DNA of 62,925 bases, counting the filler, from Kipferlia bialata (taxonomy: Eukaryota): assembly GCA_003568945.1 (NCBI GenBank). It is 5 parts of 5 records of this genome, joined end to end, with 100 filler letters (N's around TTAATTAATTAA, not from the genome) between each part and the next. Parts side by side here need not be neighbours in the genome. Positions count along the whole stretch, not along the records: positions 55,598 to 62,925 come from BDIP01000923.1; 4 more parts are not named here. One strand, written 5' to 3'. Made by a program: the position numbers and the translations under genes. Shown piece by piece: positions 56,008 through 62,925 of this stretch (position 1 is its first letter; each line of letters opens with the position of its first letter). A model generated the notes under the pieces. The model searched no databases and had not been told where the DNA came from. It saw only the letters and a program-made list of their open reading frames with translations.

Positions 56008-59000
56008 GGGCCTTGGCCCGTGTCCCATATGCAGAGGCCAGAACCCAAGTATAGCGCTATACCCCTCTTATCCAGAGGCAGAGCGACAGCTGGACCGCAT
56101 CCTCAGTTCCATTGAGGAGGAGTGCCGAGGGTGGGTGTCTCAGTCTGGACCTGAACCATCCGTGTCATATCCTGGTGCTGATCCTGATAGTACTGCAGAA
56201 CCCTTTGGAGGGGCAGGCGGAGTGCTTGGCGTCCTCGAAGAAACTGTAGGTGTGGGTTGATATATTCATTCCTGTGTAGATCTATGACCATATGTCTCTT
56301 CTCTTCCTGTCTGTATACACTCTATTCTCATAATATTCCTGTTCCATGCCGGTAATGTGAACTCTACGGCTCCACATATATATATACATATAGGTATTAA
56401 TATCAGCATAACACATATTGTATATTATGTTTTCCTTCCATTCCTGATTCCAGGTCCATATCAGTTGATCAAGAGTGGTGTCTGTTCCCGACTTATGTCC
56501 CTTGTTCAGCAGTATGGACGGTCACTCGCAGTGGTCGAGGTGTGCTTTGCGAGCTTTCTGCGAATGAGCACAGGTATGGCTGGCTCTGTATTTGTGACTC
56601 TCTCTCTCTCTCTCTCTCTCTACAGGTGACACTGTGATATCCCCCGCCCCCCTATTTCTGTCCCACCCTCCCATATTTGTATTTCTATATACACATATGC
56701 TCTGACGATTGACCTTAGCAGGCCAAGATGACAGAATTGAAATTCCTGTATCTCTCTATGTCTCTCTGTAGATGAGTATTCTATTACGTATTACATAAAT
56801 ATGATTGATTCTGACCCTCTAGGAGATTTGGATGCCCACTGCCAGTGTGGCAATACCTCTCACCAGGCAGAGTTCATGAAGTATGGTATGTATGACTGGT
56901 TCAGCTCATATTCGTATTGAATACATTCAGGCGATCTTTTCAATATGTGTTGTTTATATGTGAGTCTATATACACACTAATATATATGTCTATATACATA
57001 CGGACATAGATCAAATATCTGTCAAGTAATACAGCTAGGACCCCTATCTTACTGTAGATGACCTGACCCGGCAGTTTCTGCTAGACAGTGGCCTCATCGC
57101 CACCCTCATCGATGTCACTACCCCTGAGACATGTCCCTTAGACACTATCAACGGGGCAAGGGTCACATACTATGCTCTGTCGATACTGGAACAGATGGCA
57201 CGGCTGGGTGAGTCCTAAGCCTCTTTGTGGGAATTCTCAAATACACACCAAAGTGTATTTATATATATCACTTATCCCAGAGGCTGCGCTGCCCGTGTTG
57301 ATTTCACCACCCCTGCAGCAGCTGTACAGAGACATCATCGACCTGGACGCACCTAACCTGAGACCCCTGAAGAAGAAGGCCCTAAAGGTGGTTGTGAAAG
57401 TGGTCACTGCAAGGAGCAGACCCGGCAGTCACATTGGTGAGGGTGGGTGTATACATGCATGTATGAATACTGCGCTCATACTGCTCTCACACTCCAGATG
57501 ATCTGCCTGAAGCTGCTGCCTTTATGGCATCTCTCTTACCAAGAGTCATCCATGAGGCCGAGTGCAACGTGGACGAGAACCCCCCAAGCTACCTGTTGAC
57601 TCTGCTGAATACACTTTGCGTGTGCATATGCAACAAGGGTACGGCATTACTGTCATATTAGTATCACCCCTCTAATGTGAAATATGTGGTAGTATTCCAC
57701 TGGTATTAATGTGAAAATAGCTATCCATAACGAGGTGTGTTGTTGGGTGTGAGTATGTATCACTGATAGTCTATGTCTGACCACAGACCTTGCCGATGCT
57801 GCTGTCTCTGGGGGTGCCCTGCCCCTATGCATCAGGGTACTGGAGGCCCAGCTGGAAGACATGCATGCATGTATGGCGGCAATCGTCTGCATAGATCGAA
57901 TCTCCAGATTCACACACGGTATGTGTAATCGCGTTGATTTGTTTCCCTTCTTTCTTCTGGAAGGAACTTACACCTCAGGGAATCGCAAGAGAGTTCTCCC
58001 TGGCTCCGATACTGCCCTTGCCGGTGAGATCATACCTGTCCTCATCTCTGCATTTAGAGCCTGGCCACTGTGCTCTCCCATTGTAGAGGATGTGCTGGAA
58101 ACCGTAGTCCTGCTGAGAAGCCCAGGTGGGTATGTGATGGTAGCGTGGAATCAGTTCATTCGTGAATACACTTGATATGAACTATTCCACATATTGTCTT
58201 TGTAGTCTAATTAGACTGTGTTTGAGGTAGATATCACTGATACTAGAGACCAAGGAGATTCTGCTATCCGAACAGGTTCATATACTTGCCATGGACGCTC
58301 TGTCAGAGCACTTGCAGGTATGCCTGTGTCCAGTGTATTCAGTATATATTCATACTATATATGTGTATAGCAAGATTTCTACACGCATATGTATGTGTGA
58401 CACATGGGACTGTTTGATAGTTACTGACCTCAGGATACAGAGGTTGTCCCCAAAACCATGGGGTTGCTAGTCACACTTCTAAAGGGTACGGTATACACTG
58501 ACAATAACCCGCGTCAGAGTCGATTACGACCTTAATTCCCCTTCAGTATTAGGTACTCTCAATGCTTAACACCCAGATCAACCAGATGTCCGCAACTACC
58601 TGATGCAGGACTTCAGTCTCCGCACAGTGATGGCTGCACTCAACTTCCACATCGACCACCCGGATGTGGCAGCTAGCGTCATGTTCTACCTGGGTACTCT
58701 GATGCAATTTCGTACGTATCCATAATACTTTGTTATCCATCATTGGTGAAGAGATATCAACCAGCAATGATATAGTTCACAACAGGCAACGACTATCCTA
58801 AGCTGAAGAAGTATGACATTCCAGGATGTGTCCAGAGGTAGGGTTACTGTATGTGGTATATTGATCGTCTTCCCCACTCAGTCTCAGATATGGAAAGAGG
58901 GTGCCTGGAAGTGCATTTGGTATGAAGCTGGCAAGGAAACTGCAGGTAGGTCAGGAGACCGAATGATACACTTCGGAGGGACAGAGTCGTCACCCCAAGT

Positions 59001-59818
59001 ATTATTAATACACATCGGATACTATCGTTCTCAACCATATTCTGATGTAAGCAAGCTGCGTTCATGGGTGAGATGTCCAACAACAAGATCATGTTGTCTG
59101 GTCAGACCGAATACCTATCCGACAGCGACATTGAGACTCTGATAGAGGAGTACCTCCGCCTACCCTTCCACGTCAGCAGGGAGGCCATGGGGAGGCATCC
59201 TGTCCCCCAGAGCTGCCGTACTAGGCTGCCCCCCAACCATGCTAGGGTGATCTACCTCCCTGACGTCGGTGAGGCTCAAGTGTCAGGGTTCTGTACTACC
59301 CTTGAGAACAATGGACTGTCCGTTGCCAACATCATGGCTGCTAAGAACCCCAGTGTCCTAAAGAGGGAGCTTGCTACAAGGCCTCAGATACTGGTCTGTA
59401 CGCACCGTGCTGTGCTAGCGAAGGACAATACGAAGCCTCATAGGCTCCACATGTGCATGTGGAGAGAGATGGTCAAGATGGGAGTTGTCGTTAGGGCATA
59501 TATGTTCCTGGATGAGGTTGGTATCCATATTTGACCGTGTGTATATTTGTTCTCGCACACTTATGTCAGGACAGTGTTGCTACTGATGAAGCAGTTGCCC
59601 GTAGCATGTACACTCAGCTTGCACACACTGTGGGTACACACTACCTGGAGAAGCAGCCAGCTGAGACACGGAAGGAGATGTGTGAAGAAGGTATTTGAAA
59701 GTTGCATATGTACTTTACCCTCGACGTGTATCTCACCCCAGGCAACACCCTGCAGTGCCTGCCAGCAGGACGGTACTTCGAAGAGGTGTGGGGCGGTGTA
59801 TGTCTTACATACGAATGA
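56008..59818 (+). CDS. Armadillo/HEAT-repeat protein with C-terminal degenerate DEAD-box-like domain, multi-exon, 5' partial
   Basis: ARM-like helices LIKSGVCSRLMSLV, FLLDSGLIATLIDV, AVSGGALPLCIRVLEAQL, EIIPVLISAFRAWP, TVMAALNFHIDHPDVAASVMFYLGTL; phase-consistent splicing into the 59064 ORF, ending YFEEVWGGVCLTYE* (TGA 59816-59818). Confidence 0.68.
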
Positions 59819-59960
59819 GTGAAGTGCATTCTTTCTGAGGACCCACACTATGTAACTCACATGCCATTCAGGGTGATGAATGGAGGGATGAGAACCCTCA
59901 CAAAGATCATTTGGAAGCAAAACTTGCTGTGTTTTCTTCCATTTCTATTCTATGTGTGTG

Positions 59961-61927
59961 TCATTGGTCATAAACCACACGACATGAGCATACTCTCTCT
60001 TGCTTGTTACAGCGTTGGACAGTGATCAGCACCCGATGACCCTGGGCTAGCCCCACTTCAATAACCTCTCTATGGTGTACACTGCTGTAGGTGGTACTAG
60101 GCATCTGGATCTCGGCCTCCTATATATCAGATATGATCATCATACTACATATAGCCAGCGGAATCAAGGCCATGAACAAGATACATAAATGTTAGTCACA
60201 GTAATGTAAATGTGACACTTGCAATTGCAATGTGCATGGGGATAGCCATGACGAGAACCCATGTTGCTACACCAGCGCCTCCATCCGTACCTCTCCCTCA
60301 GCGTTTAGGCAGACCACATAGTCGGTGTCACTCTCGGCATACAAGACCTGATCGTGGGATGGATACATGCATATTTGCATATATATAGCGAGTGTGTGAG
60401 AGAGAGAGAGCGAATGATGTTTTACTCTCGGCACACAAGACCTGGTAGTTAGGAGAATGTGATATATTGTGGTATATGAATAATGTAGATTCAGCCTCGG
60501 CATACAAGCCCTGGTAGTAACGACTTCTAACTCAGGAGAGTAAGACTATAGCTAGTATGGAGTTTATAGAAAATAATTTGTTTCATTCTGTATGCATGAG
60601 GCACTTGACTGTGGAACGGGTACAATTACACACATATATACGGAGAGCATATATGGAGAGAGAGTAAGAGAGAAATATCCCTACTCTCTGTATACATGAC
60701 CTGATGATTTTGTGATCAGAAGGGACATGGACGAAGACAGATATGCATTCACCAAGTACTCTGCCTACTCACACAATGGTGATCATCCGAAGGTCACTAT
60801 CTATACTATACAGTGTATAGTCTCTATATACACAATCACCTCAAGCAAGTTAATATATTACCCTACTTCTTACTCTGTCTCTTCACATACTGCGATGCAT
60901 ACATATATACATACACATTTCATATACATATATACATTGTATAGACACTGATACATACCTCATATTCTGTCTCTTCACACACTGCCATGTGTATCTCACT
61001 GTTTGTGCTGTTGACAGTGATAGCACGCTCTGGCTTCACAACCTCTCCTGTCAGCCAGTCCTAGGGGAATGAGGTATCTTCTCAATGCGATTAGAAATCA
61101 AAGAATAGACACTGTATACACTTTGTACCTTCCCTGTGATATGCCTGAGTCCCAGCCTGTCTCCCTCTGTGATGTACCAATACATACACACACATATATA
61201 CATTCATTATCATTACTAATATATATACACACTGTACCTTTCCCGTTAGGTATGCCCTGGGTCTCAGTCTGTCTCTATGATATATATATATATGTATGTA
61301 TTACTACCCATACTATGTACCTTCCCCGTTAGGTATGCCCTGGGCCTGCGTCTGTATGTCTCTATGATATATATATATATATATGTATGTATGTGTTACT
61401 ATCCATACTATGTACCTTCCCCGTAAGGTATGCCCTGGGTCTCAGTCTGGCCAGGTGGGGGGGAGGGGCAGGGGACCCCCTCCTCCTACACACCCTACCA
61501 TAGCAGGGGCCACACCAGAACAGATGATGCACCTGCTCCATCAGGGCTATGAGTGATTGGGGGGGGGGGGGATAATGGGAGTGATAGAACTCGCAGTCAT
61601 CTGTAAGATACCCTCTCCCCTGTAGATAACCCTTCTAGCGTGTTAAGTATATATATGTGTAGAATACATAGAATACATATATGTATACTAGCATGGGTGA
61701 CATGTCCCTACCTCAAGCACCTGTCCTTTGACTACGACCAGGTCCCCTATCTTCAGCTCATACAGGGGGAAGGACTCCTCAGTACACGGCTGCATCCTGG
61801 GTTGACAAGGAGAGGAGTGAATAAGGGGGGGGGGGGGCGGAATACTACAACACACTTGTGACACAGACAGCCACACACATTGACAAACACGTTACGCACA
61901 ACAAACCCCTTACCCAGCTATACCCAT
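59961..61927 (-). CDS. Divergent eIF5A-like paralogue lacking the hypusination motif (6 exons, ~177 aa)
   Basis: Exons 61927-61914, 61796-61712, 61532-61416, 61060-60959, 60347-60291, 60119-59961 give MGIAGMQPCTEESFPLYELKIGDLVVVKGQVLEVHHLFWCGPCYGRVCRRRGSPAPPPHLARLRPRAYLTGKDWLTGEVVKPERAITVNSTNSEIHMAVCEETEYEVLYAESDTDYVVCLNAEGEEAEIQMPSTTYSSVHHREVIEVGLAQGHRVLITVQRCNKQERVCSCRVVYDQ*. This is colinear with the eIF5A SH3-like and OB domains. Confidence 0.75.
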
Positions 61928-62373
61928 CTCAACAAAGATATGTAGAGTTAGTGGCAGTATAATTGTGGTGGCCTACCTGGGTGCCACAACTTGTGGTCAG
62001 ACAATTTGGGACTCGACCAAAAATATATCTGTTCCCATATTTTCACCTAGGGGGACAGAGTGGTTATATGGGATCTCTAGAGTGCTCTAGAGTTGAGTGG
62101 AGAGAGCAGCTTCATAGGCGGGGATAAACCCCTTGAGTTTTTGCTCCCTCAAGCACACCCGGGTAAAATCTCAAGCACCGGCACACCGTTCGTTGACCCT
62201 TTTTGTGAAACGCTGTGCTTGAGTGTCCAGCCTTACCACAAGAGAGACTAACGCATCGAGCTGGTGATGTGTTAGAAGTAGATCTAAGGGTGTAGAGTCA
62301 ACTTGTGTCACACACATCAGTGTGGCGTTCAAGTACTCTCTCCTGACTCTATACCACCAGACGCACACACCAC

Positions 62374-62850
62374 ATGCCGGCTGTTGACCCAACCTTGTTG
62401 GAGAGTGTGTGGGGTTCTGAGGCTCTGGCCGAGGGTGGGGAGGCGCCCTCTGACGCTGACTTTGCGGCAGTAGAGAGTGCCACTGGGTACGGCCTGCCCG
62501 AGTCCTACAAGGCATTCATGAGGCTGCACAACGGGGGGTACCCCCTGAGGAGTGACTACAACCCCAACGAGGAGGAGGACCCCTCCTCCCAGGTGGAGAC
62601 CTTCCTCAGTGTGGACAGTCTAGTGGAGGAGACTGAGTTCTATGGGGAGGAGTGGGGGTACCCGGCCATTGGATTAGTCATCGCAGAATGCCCCTCGGGT
62701 GGCCACGACCTCTTTATGCTGCACTACCCGGCTGGCAGCACAACAGAGCCCAGTGTGATACACGTGGACCAGGAATTGGACTACCGCTGCACCACGGTGG
62801 GAGAGACATTTGCAGAGTTCCTGGCTGGGCTGAGAGAGGCCCAGGAGTAA
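62374..62850 (+). CDS. SMI1/KNR4 (SUKH) family protein, intronless, bacterial-type
   Basis: PSDADFAAVESATGYGLPESYKAFMRLHNGG..EEWGYPAIGLVIAECPSGGHDLFMLHY..EPSVIHVDQELDYRCTTVGETFAEFLAGL: hallmark SMI1/KNR4 motifs. Confidence 0.88.
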   Translation: MPAVDPTLLESVWGSEALAEGGEAPSDADFAAVESATGYGLPESYKAFMRLHNGGYPLRSDYNPNEEEDPSSQVETFLSVDSLVEETEFYGEEWGYPAIGLVIAECPSGGHDLFMLHYPAGSTTEPSVIHVDQELDYRCTTVGETFAEFLAGLREAQE

Positions 62851-62925
62851 GGAAGGGGACCTTCACCTGACGCAACTGCATTAGTAGTGTTACAGGATGT
62901 GGAAGTTGGTCGTGCCCCCCCCCCC

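Noticed and set aside
59961..61927. HEX-1 (Woronin body) orthologue or true thioredoxin
   Set aside because: No C-terminal PTS1 and a non-fungal context; WCGPC sits in an eIF5A-like rather than thioredoxin-fold sequence.

Overview
Eukaryotic, intron-rich, (TA)n/(AG)n-microsatellite-laden genomic DNA in the standard genetic code. The gene style (branch point fused to the 3' splice site, divergent Kelch family) suggests a fornicate/metamonad protist such as Kipferlia bialata; this is an inference, not verified. The window is five unlinked scaffolds joined by artificial N44-TTAATTAATTAA-N44 spacers, so adjacency across spacers is meaningless. Hand-spliced genes: a DDB1-like beta-propeller protein (55-13049, +), a long low-complexity protein (14231-25171, +), a large minus-strand protein with a dsRBD-like motif (~27925-34415), two Kelch paralogues (one spliced, one intronless), a signal-peptide FG-GAP-like protein, a decayed multi-exon pseudogene, an ARM-repeat protein with a degenerate DEAD-box-like tail, a divergent eIF5A paralogue whose hypusine loop is replaced by a WCGPC-containing insert (59961-61927, -), and an intronless bacterial-type SMI1/KNR4 gene. 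The most striking feature is a pervasive 'exon-echo' architecture. Introns contain serial partial copies of the adjacent exon ends with their splice sites (acceptor copies upstream, donor copies downstream), and these copies often differ from the functional exon at synonymous positions. Most ORFs in the supplied track are intronic microsatellite artefacts.
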